Source: an uncultured Planctomycetales bacterium
GTDB lineage: Bacteria; Omnitrophota; Gorgyraeia; Gygaellales; Profunditerraquicolaceae
Direction of reading: 5' to 3'
Length of the DNA: 64,000 nucleotides
Assembly (NCBI GenBank): GCA_964603585.1
Contig: CAZRVK010000004.1
Location: 438-64,437, forward strand
Both the position numbers and the translations under genes were made by a program. The notes beneath the pieces are model-generated. The model was not told the DNA's origin and did not search any database. It saw only the letters and a list, made by a program, of their open reading frames with translations. Shown one piece after another: positions 47,609 through 56,748 of the stretch; position 1 is the first letter of the stretch, and every line of letters begins with the position of its first letter.

Positions 47609-49411
47609 ATGAGCCAAGAGATGTTTTCCCTGGTTATTCCTACTTATAACGAAAGCAAGAATATTGCGGTTTTATGCGAAAAACTCGTCGGCCTTTTTAA
47701 ACAGGCAGGCTTGTCTTTTGAGTTGATCATTGTCGATGACGACAGCCCTGATAGGACCTGGCAGATGGCGGAGTCGATCGCGGTTAGGGAAAAATGCGTC
47801 AAGGTTATCCGCCGGATGAAGGAAAAGGATTTAAGTACGGCAGTGGTCACCGGTTGGGAGAAGGCTTGCGGCGATATCCTGGGGGTGATTGATGCCGATC
47901 TGCAGCATCCTCCGGAAGCCTTGATCAAGATGCTAAAGATCATGCATAGTGATAGGGATGTGGATCTGGTCATTGGCAGCCGCTATATCCCCGGAGGAGG
48001 TGTTTCCGACTGGAGTGCTTTGCGGATATTTATTTCGCGTGCTGGGACTTTCTTTAGCGGGCTTTTACTTGGCGATATCCTGAATAAGGTCAGGGACCCT
48101 ATGTCCGGATTTTTTATTTTTCGCAAAGAAGTGATCCTTGGCTGCAGGCTTGAACCGCAAGGGTATAAAATCCTCTTGGAAATCTTAGCCAAAGGCAATT
48201 ATAAAAAGGTATCCGAAGTTCCCTATGTTTTTCAAGAAAGAGTTCAAGGGGGGAGTAAACTTTGTTTAAAACAGTATGTTAAGTTCTTTGGGCATATTCT
48301 TCAATTAAGCATGTTTAGCGGTCAGTTGCTGCGGCTATTAAAATATTTTGTCGCTGGCTGCTTTAGCCTGTGTGTTTCGGCTTTGGCTTATTTTCTCCTT
48401 AACCGGGCGAATGTAAATCCCGGTCTGGGTTTTCTTATTTCTCTGGAGGTATCGGTTTTTGCCTGGTTTATGCTGACCGAATTGATGGTATTTTCCGGAA
48501 AGACTGTTTTCAAACATGGGTCATTATTCTCTCGCTTGATAAGGTTCAATTATGACTGTTTTTTCGGTTTCACCATTGCCATGGCTGTTTTTATCACGGT
48601 TAGTTTGTTCTTAAAAGGAACCGGGTTAACGGTTTTTTTTATTGCCTCGATCCTTGGGTTTAGCTGGAACTTTTTAATTGGCGCTAATATCAGGCAGGTC
48701 AAAAGTATTTATGAGAGGCCAAGCCGGGGGACTGCAGTCGAGGAAGGATATTACCACGAGGTATTGAATAAGAATAAAGTGCAGAGGTATTGGCATTACA
48801 AAAAATTCGAGGTTGTTTCGCGTAAACTCGGGGGTTCTCCTGTTTTGGATATAGGCAGCGGCCCGGGTGTTTTCTTGCACCTGAACCGGATGCATCCCGG
48901 CCTTAAGGTCAACCTGGATTATTCCATGGAGCAGCTTCGTTACGGCAGGCGCCTTAATCACGAAGCATCCTTTGTCCAGGCCCGTGCGGACAAACTTCCT
49001 TTTGCCAGCCAATCCTTTCAAACCGTTTGCCTGATCGAGTCAATAGAGCATTTGCGGCCCGAAGAGATCCGCATTTGTCTTCCGGAGATCATGCGGGTAC
49101 TAAAAAAAGGCGGTAAGGCAATAATCTCGACCCCGAATTATAAAAGTATCTGGCCGGTGTTAGAGCTGGCAATCAGCCTGTTAGGTCCGGTTGATTACCG
49201 CCTCCAGCATGTTTCCCGTTTTGATATGAATAAACTGGCTAATTATATAACAGCCGGCGGGCTGGTGGTCAAGAACAAGGAAACAGTTTTTATCGTTTCC
49301 CCGTTCTTTGCGGTCATGGGAGAGCAGATCTCTAATCTTATTTTTTCTCTTGAGCGGAAATTCTTTCCGTTTGCCGGTTCCATCTTAGTGGTTGAGGCAG
49401 TAAAGGAATAA
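47609..49411 (+). CDS. Tri-domain fusion: GT2 polyprenyl-phosphate glycosyltransferase + GtrA-like 4-TM domain + class I SAM methyltransferase
   Basis: aa 1-230 GT2 (SLVIPTYNE, VDDDSPDRT, DADLQHPP). aa ~235-360 GtrA-like (LLKYFVAGCFSLCVSALAYFLL...). aa ~370-600 methyltransferase (VLDIGSGPGVFL motif I, KKGGKAII). One uninterrupted ORF. Confidence 0.7.
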   Translation: MSQEMFSLVIPTYNESKNIAVLCEKLVGLFKQAGLSFELIIVDDDSPDRTWQMAESIAVREKCVKVIRRMKEKDLSTAVVTGWEKACGDILGVIDADLQHPPEALIKMLKIMHSDRDVDLVIGSRYIPGGGVSDWSALRIFISRAGTFFSGLLLGDILNKVRDPMSGFFIFRKEVILGCRLEPQGYKILLEILAKGNYKKVSEVPYVFQERVQGGSKLCLKQYVKFFGHILQLSMFSGQLLRLLKYFVAGCFSLCVSALAYFLLNRANVNPGLGFLISLEVSVFAWFMLTELMVFSGKTVFKHGSLFSRLIRFNYDCFFGFTIAMAVFITVSLFLKGTGLTVFFIASILGFSWNFLIGANIRQVKSIYERPSRGTAVEEGYYHEVLNKNKVQRYWHYKKFEVVSRKLGGSPVLDIGSGPGVFLHLNRMHPGLKVNLDYSMEQLRYGRRLNHEASFVQARADKLPFASQSFQTVCLIESIEHLRPEEIRICLPEIMRVLKKGGKAIISTPNYKSIWPVLELAISLLGPVDYRLQHVSRFDMNKLANYITAGGLVVKNKETVFIVSPFFAVMGEQISNLIFSLERKFFPFAGSILVVEAVKE

Positions 49412-49417
49412 ATCCCT

Positions 49418-51049
49418 ATGCGTTTAATAAAAATTTTTGATAAACTCCTGATAATAGCATTTTATTTTTATCTTACTCTTTTTGTTACGGATTATTCGTT
49501 CCTGGGGTTTAGTATTTCGAATATCGGAGGACCTACTGCCGGGATGCTGTTTTTTTTGTTCTTACGCTATATTGCCGATAAAAAGTCGTTTTTTGAATCA
49601 GAGTTAGTAACTAAATTGGCTAAAATCAGCCGGATTCCGGGTATTCCTCTGGTTTTTTTCAGTGTTGTTATATTGGCGTTAGTTTTAAGCTTGCTTTCGG
49701 CTGTCCGTCATTTAAGTTTGAATACCGCAGGTTTCGATCTTGGGGTTTTTGACCAGGCCGTATGGAATACGTTAAACGGCAAGATGCTTTTTTCTTCGCT
49801 TAGGGGGGATATGAACCTCTTGGGCGATCATTTTGAGCCGATCTTACTGGTATTTGTGCCATTCTATAAGCTTTGGCCTACCCCTTTGGTTTTAGTGATC
49901 CTGCAGGCCGTTTTTTTATCCTCCGGGATAATCCCTTTATACCTGATTGCCCGGCAGAAGCTGAAACATCCTGCTTTAATATGCGCATTTATTTTGTCGT
50001 ATTGCTTGTCTCGGCCGCTTAGAGGAGTAGGGTTATCGGATTTTCATCTGGAGGGTATCATCCTGGTGTTATTGTTTTGGTCTTATTATTTCCTTATCCG
50101 TAAGAAGAATATCCACTTCCTTGTATCGATATTTCTCCTTTTGCTTTGTAAAGAGGATACCGTTTTCTTAGTGGCCGCATTGGGTATTTATGCTTTTATT
50201 TTTGAGCGCAAGTCAGCTTTAGGGTTATTTTTGGCAGCATTTGCCGTGTGGGCATGGTTTGTTGAAACAAAAATACTTATACCGCATTTCAACCCTTACG
50301 GTAAATATGAGCATCTCAATAAACTGCCTTTTGGAGCGGCTTATTGGGATAATTTAACGGTTCTATTTACTGATCCGCTAATGGTTATCAGGTTCTTTTT
50401 CCATCCTGATAAGCTTAAATATTGTTTCGGCCTTTTTGGCCCAACAGGTTTTTTGGCATTTTTGAGCCCGGCGCATTATATACTTTTTGGCGTACCTTTA
50501 TTAAAGAATATGCTGGCTACGGAGAATTTTTCCGGGTATTACAAAATATCGTCTCACTATACCGCAGCGATCATCCCATTCGTATATATCGCGGCGATTT
50601 CTGGTGCCGCAAAACTTATCTCTAAGTTCAAACGGCTTCAAAGCGGAGTGGTTATTTCCGGGATAATTGTCATTTTTTCCTTGTTTTTTTACGGCAAGAC
50701 TGATGCGAATAAGTTCTCCAGGTTTTTACGGACCATGCATGAAGATAAGACCTTAAGTAAGATTTCCTACTTAAACATCGTTCCGCAAAACGCATCGGTT
50801 GCGGCTAATGCAAACCTTATTCCGCATTTATCGCATCGAGAACAGATATATGAAATTAACCTGGCCTTGGAAACCAGTTATAACTGCGATTTTATTGTTT
50901 TAGATATGAACGTTTTTCATGAGCATACAAAGCATTCCGGGATTACATATACGGAATATTTGAATGCTCTTTATACGAGAGGGTACCGTAGGTTTTTTGA
51001 AAGCCCGGATAAAGGGTTATTCATCCTTAAAAAGCCGGATTCCTCCTGA
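49418..51049 (+). CDS. DUF2079-like polytopic membrane protein (putative GT-C-fold transferase)
   Basis: 543 aa with more than 10 TM helices and the motif AGFDLGVFDQAVWN characteristic of DUF2079. Confidence 0.45.
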   Translation: MRLIKIFDKLLIIAFYFYLTLFVTDYSFLGFSISNIGGPTAGMLFFLFLRYIADKKSFFESELVTKLAKISRIPGIPLVFFSVVILALVLSLLSAVRHLSLNTAGFDLGVFDQAVWNTLNGKMLFSSLRGDMNLLGDHFEPILLVFVPFYKLWPTPLVLVILQAVFLSSGIIPLYLIARQKLKHPALICAFILSYCLSRPLRGVGLSDFHLEGIILVLLFWSYYFLIRKKNIHFLVSIFLLLLCKEDTVFLVAALGIYAFIFERKSALGLFLAAFAVWAWFVETKILIPHFNPYGKYEHLNKLPFGAAYWDNLTVLFTDPLMVIRFFFHPDKLKYCFGLFGPTGFLAFLSPAHYILFGVPLLKNMLATENFSGYYKISSHYTAAIIPFVYIAAISGAAKLISKFKRLQSGVVISGIIVIFSLFFYGKTDANKFSRFLRTMHEDKTLSKISYLNIVPQNASVAANANLIPHLSHREQIYEINLALETSYNCDFIVLDMNVFHEHTKHSGITYTEYLNALYTRGYRRFFESPDKGLFILKKPDSS

Positions 51050-51081
51050 ATCAGTGTTGTTTTTAAAGCCAAAGGCAGGCA

Positions 51082-53163
51082 ATGATCATATTCTTGGTAA
51101 TGAATTCCATGGTTTTCTTTACGGCGGTTCGTTTAGCGCTGGGATTATTTAAAGTTAGTAATCCTGTCGATTCTTTGATCGCGGTTTTTATCCTGTATTT
51201 TTCACAGATCATTTCCACAGAGCTTTTACTGGGGATTTATGGGGTTTTGTCATTGCATAACCTGCTTTTGGTGAATACCGGGGTGTGTTTATTGGCTTTT
51301 TGGCTGACAAAAGGCCGGGTTAAATGGCCGGATTTTGTAGGTGCGCAGGCTAATTTTAGGAGTTTATCCGGCAACCGGGTTGGTGTGTTTCTGATATCGG
51401 TCATTGGTGTCTTTGCGGTTTTTAAGCTGGCCATAAATCTAGTCAATCCGCCGTTTGGCTGGGACAGCCTGAATTACCATTTTCCCTTTGCTGTTGAATG
51501 GTTAAAACATGGGAATTTACAAATGCCAATCACTGTTTCGGATGATCCCAGCCCGCCATATTATCCGATTAACGGCAGTTTATTCTATTTATGGCTGATT
51601 TTTCCGTTTAGGAATGTTTTCCTGGCGGATCTCGGCCAGGCGCCGTTTTTTATGCTTTCGATACTCGCTGTTTTTAGCCTTGCCCGTAAGTTAGGGATAC
51701 AAAGGGATTATTCTTTTTATGCCGCAGCATTGTTCTTATTGATCCCTAATTTCTTTAAACAGCTTTCGATCGCCTATGTTGATGTAATGATCGCGGCTTT
51801 GTTTTTAGCGGCACTGCACTTCATTTTTTTATTGGCCCGTGATTTTTCTTTAGCCAATGTTTTGCTCTATAGCATGAGTTTCGGCTTATTTTTAGGCACT
51901 AAAACTACTGCCTTGCCGTACGGGGTGTTACTTTTTGTGCCGTTTTTATGGATTATTTCAAAGAACATGAAGAAGGCTTATTTTTTGCCGTTTGCCTTCT
52001 TGGTTATTGCCGCCTTAGGCGGGTTTACGTATATCAGGAACTTCCTGGAAACCAGTAACCCTCTTTATCCGTTGGATCTCAAGCTGTTTGGCCAAACGAT
52101 TTTTAAAGGGGTAATGTCACGCCAGATCTATGCCGCGCATTTTAAGCCCCAGGATTACCAGTTGTCAAAACTATTATTCCATGAAGGATTGGGCGCGCAG
52201 ACTTTATTGTTCGTTTTGCCTTTTGTTTTTTTAGGCCTGCCGATCGCGGTCTGGAGGAAACCGAAGTCAGTCAATTTCATTTTAGCTTATTTTCTGCTTT
52301 TACCCGGGTTGTTATATTTAGTTTACCGCTATGTTATTCCTTTGGCTAATACGCGTTATTTGTATCCGCTTTTAGGGGTTGGGATGATCTCGGGCTTCTT
52401 TTCCCTTACGTCGCTGGATATCCGCAGGTGGCTGGTAAATTTACTGGTTACTCTTTGCGCCCTGGCTTCGGTCTCGGAATTAGCAAAGAGGGGGGAACTG
52501 ATCCTATCCGTAGTTTTTACATTTGCGGTGTTCCTATTATGGGCATTCTTTGGCAATGTCTTCCTAAGAAAGGTATTTTTCAAAAAAACCATACTTGTTT
52601 CTTCAGTTTTTGCTATAATAATTATTTCCTCTTTCCTGGCAAAGGATTACCAGAGAAATGAGTTCAGCCGGTATAAACTTACGGCTAAATCTTCGGGTTT
52701 TTGGATGGAAGCGATCGAGGCCTGGCAGTGGCTTGACCGTAATACAGGCGGCGATAATATTGCCTATATCGGCAGGCCGGTACCATTTCCTTTATATGGC
52801 ACGAATTTTAAGAATAATGTTTCTTACATTTCGGTAAACAAGGTTGAGCCTGCACGGCTGCACTATTTCCCGGATAGCCGGTATCAATGGGGGTATGATT
52901 TCTTGAGCCTGCACCGGAATCTTCAGGAGCCGCAAAATTACCGAGGGAACCCCGATTATTCTGCCTGGTTGGCAAACCTAAAGAGCCAGGGGATCGCTTA
53001 CTTGTTCGTTTATGCATTGCACCAGACAAAAACCGTGGAATTTCCCTTAGAGGATACCTGGGCGAGCTCTAACCCAGATAGGTTTACTCCGGTATTTTCT
53101 AACAGTATAGTGCATATTTATAAGCTCAACTTTCAGCAGCCTGAAGGGGTAAGAAAAAGATGA
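51082..53163 (+). CDS. Large polytopic membrane protein, putative GT-C-fold glycosyltransferase
   Basis: 693 aa with about 13 TM helices and a C-terminal soluble domain of about 200 aa. Confidence 0.45.
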   Translation: MIIFLVMNSMVFFTAVRLALGLFKVSNPVDSLIAVFILYFSQIISTELLLGIYGVLSLHNLLLVNTGVCLLAFWLTKGRVKWPDFVGAQANFRSLSGNRVGVFLISVIGVFAVFKLAINLVNPPFGWDSLNYHFPFAVEWLKHGNLQMPITVSDDPSPPYYPINGSLFYLWLIFPFRNVFLADLGQAPFFMLSILAVFSLARKLGIQRDYSFYAAALFLLIPNFFKQLSIAYVDVMIAALFLAALHFIFLLARDFSLANVLLYSMSFGLFLGTKTTALPYGVLLFVPFLWIISKNMKKAYFLPFAFLVIAALGGFTYIRNFLETSNPLYPLDLKLFGQTIFKGVMSRQIYAAHFKPQDYQLSKLLFHEGLGAQTLLFVLPFVFLGLPIAVWRKPKSVNFILAYFLLLPGLLYLVYRYVIPLANTRYLYPLLGVGMISGFFSLTSLDIRRWLVNLLVTLCALASVSELAKRGELILSVVFTFAVFLLWAFFGNVFLRKVFFKKTILVSSVFAIIIISSFLAKDYQRNEFSRYKLTAKSSGFWMEAIEAWQWLDRNTGGDNIAYIGRPVPFPLYGTNFKNNVSYISVNKVEPARLHYFPDSRYQWGYDFLSLHRNLQEPQNYRGNPDYSAWLANLKSQGIAYLFVYALHQTKTVEFPLEDTWASSNPDRFTPVFSNSIVHIYKLNFQQPEGVRKR

Positions 53164-53867
53164 AGCTTTCGATTATTGTCCCGGCTCACAATGAAGAAGA
53201 TAATATCGCCGAGGTGATCCGCCAAATCGAGGACCGCCTTGATTTAGACTATGAACTGCTGGTTGTTAATGACCATTCGGTGGATGATACTGCCAAATGT
53301 GTCAACACACTTATTAAACAATATCCTAATTTACGGATTGTAGATAACCGGCATGGTAAAGGATTTGCCAATGCTATACGGTTTGGCTTTGAGCAGTCGC
53401 GCGGGGATATGGTTGTTCCGGTAATGGCGGACCTTTGCGATGATCTTTCTACGATTCCGTTAATGATGGATAAGATCTCTAATGGGTATGATCTGGTTTG
53501 TGCCTCACGGTATATCCCGGGCGGCAGGCGCCTGGGCGGGTCAAGGTTCAAAGGGTTCTTGTCATGTTTTGCCGGCCGGTCATTATATTATGTTTTGGGT
53601 ATCCCTACGCATGATATTGCGAATGCCTTTAAAATGTACCGCAAGGAAGTAATACAAAATATTAAAATAGAGGCCAAAGGCTTTGAAATTTCCATGGAGA
53701 TCCCCTTAAAGGCCTATTATGCCGGATTCAGGATTTCCGAGGTCCCGACGCAATGGAAAGAGCGGACCCGTGGGAAATCAAGTTTTAAGGTCCTTAAATT
53801 GCTGCCGGATTATCTTAAATTATATATTTGGGCGGTTTTTAAACGGTTTTTTTATGCAAAAGGATAA
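53160..53867 (+). CDS. Polyprenyl-phosphate glycosyltransferase (GT2, DPM1/ArnC-like)
   Basis: LSIIVPAHNEE, VVNDHSVDDT and a C-terminal TM segment. Confidence 0.8.
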   Translation: MKLSIIVPAHNEEDNIAEVIRQIEDRLDLDYELLVVNDHSVDDTAKCVNTLIKQYPNLRIVDNRHGKGFANAIRFGFEQSRGDMVVPVMADLCDDLSTIPLMMDKISNGYDLVCASRYIPGGRRLGGSRFKGFLSCFAGRSLYYVLGIPTHDIANAFKMYRKEVIQNIKIEAKGFEISMEIPLKAYYAGFRISEVPTQWKERTRGKSSFKVLKLLPDYLKLYIWAVFKRFFYAKG

Positions 53868-53870
53868 ATT

Positions 53871-54548
53871 ATGCCTTTATTATCAGTGATCATTCCGGTT
53901 TATAATGAAGCCAATACTATCCGTCAAATCCTCGAAAAGATAAATTCCCTGCCTATTGATAAGGAGATCATTGTTGTGGATGATGGCTCGACCGATAATA
54001 CCTCGGCGATACTTAGACAGATCAGTTATCCTAATTTCAAAGCTATCCATCACGCAACTAACCGGGGCAAGGGATCTGGGGTCGTAACCGGCCTTGGGCA
54101 TGCAACCGGTGAATTCCTGATTATTCAGGATGCCGATCTTGAGTATGATCCGCAGGATTATGAGCGCCTGTTGGAGAAGATCAATCAAAGTAATGCGGAT
54201 ATTGTATTGGGATCCCGCTTTAGCAAGGGATACAAAGGGCTTTTTATCCATCGCCTGGGTAACCGCATGCTGACCGGGCTTCTGAATTTGTTATTCGGGG
54301 TTAAACTCAATGATTGTTTTACCTGTTATAAATTGCTGCGGCAGCAGACAGTGAAAATGCTTGACCTTAAGGCAAAAGGTTTTGATATTGAGATCGAGAT
54401 CTTGGCTAAGGCAATCCGGAATAAAATGCGGATCGTAGAAACCAGTATCTCTTATCATCCCCGCAGTTATAATGAAGGGAAAAAGATCCGTTGCCGGGAT
54501 GGTTTGCATGCGGCGGCCAGCATCTTTAAATATCGGTTCAGTAAATAG
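53871..54548 (+). CDS. Glycosyltransferase family 2 (DPM1-like)
   Basis: LSVIIPVYNE, VVDDGSTDNT and QDADLEYDP. Confidence 0.8.
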   Translation: MPLLSVIIPVYNEANTIRQILEKINSLPIDKEIIVVDDGSTDNTSAILRQISYPNFKAIHHATNRGKGSGVVTGLGHATGEFLIIQDADLEYDPQDYERLLEKINQSNADIVLGSRFSKGYKGLFIHRLGNRMLTGLLNLLFGVKLNDCFTCYKLLRQQTVKMLDLKAKGFDIEIEILAKAIRNKMRIVETSISYHPRSYNEGKKIRCRDGLHAAASIFKYRFSK

Positions 54549-54559
54549 GAGAAAGATAT

Positions 54560-55798
54560 ATGTTTAAACAAAAGGCGATTACCGCACTTGATTGCATTGC
54601 TTATTGGTCAATTGTCTTGATCCCTTTTTTCATGGGGATTGCTCCGGCCCCGATGAATATTTTTATGGGTTTTTTGATATTCGTTTTTCTGGCAAAGAAA
54701 ATACTGAAAAATGATCCCTGGTTTGCGAAAACCGCGATAAACACCCCGCTTTTATTGTTTTTTATCGTCAGCTGTTTATCGGTGTTCAATTCGGTTAATT
54801 TAACGGATAGTTTTAAGGGAGGGATATTAAGGCTTTTTATGTATATTTTTGTTTTTTTTGCGCTCGTTGACAGCATAAAAGATCAAAAGCATCTTAAACG
54901 GATATTTGCCGCAATGATCTTTGGTGTTGTTTTAGTATCGATTGATGAGATCTGGCAGGTTTTTACCGGCAGCAGTTTTATCCGTCCGGGTTATGCGCCG
55001 GTAGTAAATATCGGTTTAGTGCGGGCAACTTCTTCATTCAAGGATTCAAATACCCTGGGGATTTATTTAAGTGCGATTGCTCCGGTATTATTTTGTCTGG
55101 GATTCTATTCCCGAACCCCTAAGAATAAGCTTGTTTTGGGCGCGGCGAGTCTGTTGGTTTTATCCGGTGTCGTATTGACATATTCAAGGCCGACGTTACT
55201 GGCGGTATATATCGCATTATGGTTCTTATGTATTGTTGCAAAAAAGAAATACATGATTATTATCCTGATCGCGCTTACTTGTATCGCGCCGTTTATCCTT
55301 CCAAAGACGGTGAAAGATTGGGCAAGGGCTGTTGAGTATAATCCCGTAAGGTTCATGTGTAATGATGACCGGATCGCGGTTTACAGGAATTCCCTGCAGA
55401 TGATCAAGGCGCATCCATTCTTAGGTGTTGGAGCAGGCGCCTATATGAAAAGCTACAAGCAGTATAAGGAATCACCGGAATACCGCGGGGTAGTTACTTT
55501 GGATGAGATGAAGGCGCACAATATTTATCTGCATATGGCTGCGGAGATCGGTTTGGTTGGTTTTGGCGTTTTTTGCTGGCTGCTTTACCGGTTGTTTGCC
55601 CAGATGCGCAGGATTTACTGGTCTACGCATGAATTCCTGAAGATCGCACAAATTGCCTTGTTTTCAGGATTGCTGGCTTTTTTAGTCAATGGCTTGACCG
55701 AGAGCAGTCTGTATTATTCCCGCGTTGCGATGATATTCTGGTTTCTTGCGGGCGTGTCTTTAGCGCTTAAGAAGTTTATTCCAGGTAAATGCCAGTGA
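54560..55798 (+). CDS. O-antigen ligase / Wzy_C family membrane protein
   Basis: 12-TM protein with the Wzy_C-type segment LTYSRPTLLA and a large periplasmic loop (about aa 280-330). Confidence 0.6.
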   Translation: MFKQKAITALDCIAYWSIVLIPFFMGIAPAPMNIFMGFLIFVFLAKKILKNDPWFAKTAINTPLLLFFIVSCLSVFNSVNLTDSFKGGILRLFMYIFVFFALVDSIKDQKHLKRIFAAMIFGVVLVSIDEIWQVFTGSSFIRPGYAPVVNIGLVRATSSFKDSNTLGIYLSAIAPVLFCLGFYSRTPKNKLVLGAASLLVLSGVVLTYSRPTLLAVYIALWFLCIVAKKKYMIIILIALTCIAPFILPKTVKDWARAVEYNPVRFMCNDDRIAVYRNSLQMIKAHPFLGVGAGAYMKSYKQYKESPEYRGVVTLDEMKAHNIYLHMAAEIGLVGFGVFCWLLYRLFAQMRRIYWSTHEFLKIAQIALFSGLLAFLVNGLTESSLYYSRVAMIFWFLAGVSLALKKFIPGKCQ

Positions 55799-56748
55799 AG
55801 AATATTTTAGCGGTACGCACAGATCGTTTCGGTGAGTTTCTGCTGAATATACCGAGTTTCTATGCTTTAAAATCCGCTTATCCCGGGGCGCGTCTTACCC
55901 TGGTAGTTGACCCTTATGTCCGGGATTTGGCCGGTTGTATCGCCTGTGTTGATGAGGTAATGACCTGGGAAAAGAAAAAACATGGTTTAGGCGAGATCCT
56001 TAAGTTAAGTCTTGAACTGCGAAAGCATAAATTTTACCTTTGCCTGATCTTTAACCCCTCGCGGGAATGGAATCTGATCAGCTTTTTATCCGGTATCCCC
56101 AGGCGTATAGGTTATAACCATAAGTGGCCGTTCTTGCTTACGGAAAAACTGGCAGATGAGAAATATTTGGGGCTAAAGCATGAAATTGAATATAACCTGG
56201 AATTAGCTGGAATAGCCGGGGCAAATGCCGCGGATGCAGTATTGTCCATAAATATCCCGCATGAAACAATGTTTAAGCCATTAAATGGCCTGGATCCGGA
56301 AATGCTTGTCGCGATTCACCCCTGGACAAGCGATAAGATCAAGCAATGGATGCCAGAACGATTCGTCGGTTTGGCCAAAAAGATCATTAGCGACATGGGG
56401 ATGGATGTGGTTTTAATAGGAAGTACCGAAGACCAGGATAAGTCCCGTGAACTGTTCGCTGGCTTAGGCAGTCATTTACACGACTTGACCGGCAAGACCA
56501 CTTTACTTCAGCTTGGCGCGGTTCTAAAAGGATGTAAATTGCTTATTTCCGGTGATAGCGGGCCGGTGCATTTAGCCAGCTGTCTTAATTTGCCGGTTGT
56601 TGCAATTTTTAGGAATGATATCCCGGGTAAAACTCCGCACCGGTGGGGGCCAAGGTCACCGGGTAGTGCGGTTATCCAAAAAAGCAGCCTGAATGATATT
56701 ACTGTCGAGGAAGTGTTTATGAAAGCAAAAGAGGTGTTAAAAAGATGA
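55789..56748 (+). CDS. Glycosyltransferase family 9 (LPS heptosyltransferase-like)
   Basis: ILAVRTDRFGEFL, GDSGPVHLA and other GT9 signatures. Overlaps the ligase gene by 10 nt. Confidence 0.75.
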   Translation: MPVKNILAVRTDRFGEFLLNIPSFYALKSAYPGARLTLVVDPYVRDLAGCIACVDEVMTWEKKKHGLGEILKLSLELRKHKFYLCLIFNPSREWNLISFLSGIPRRIGYNHKWPFLLTEKLADEKYLGLKHEIEYNLELAGIAGANAADAVLSINIPHETMFKPLNGLDPEMLVAIHPWTSDKIKQWMPERFVGLAKKIISDMGMDVVLIGSTEDQDKSRELFAGLGSHLHDLTGKTTLLQLGAVLKGCKLLISGDSGPVHLASCLNLPVVAIFRNDIPGKTPHRWGPRSPGSAVIQKSSLNDITVEEVFMKAKEVLKR

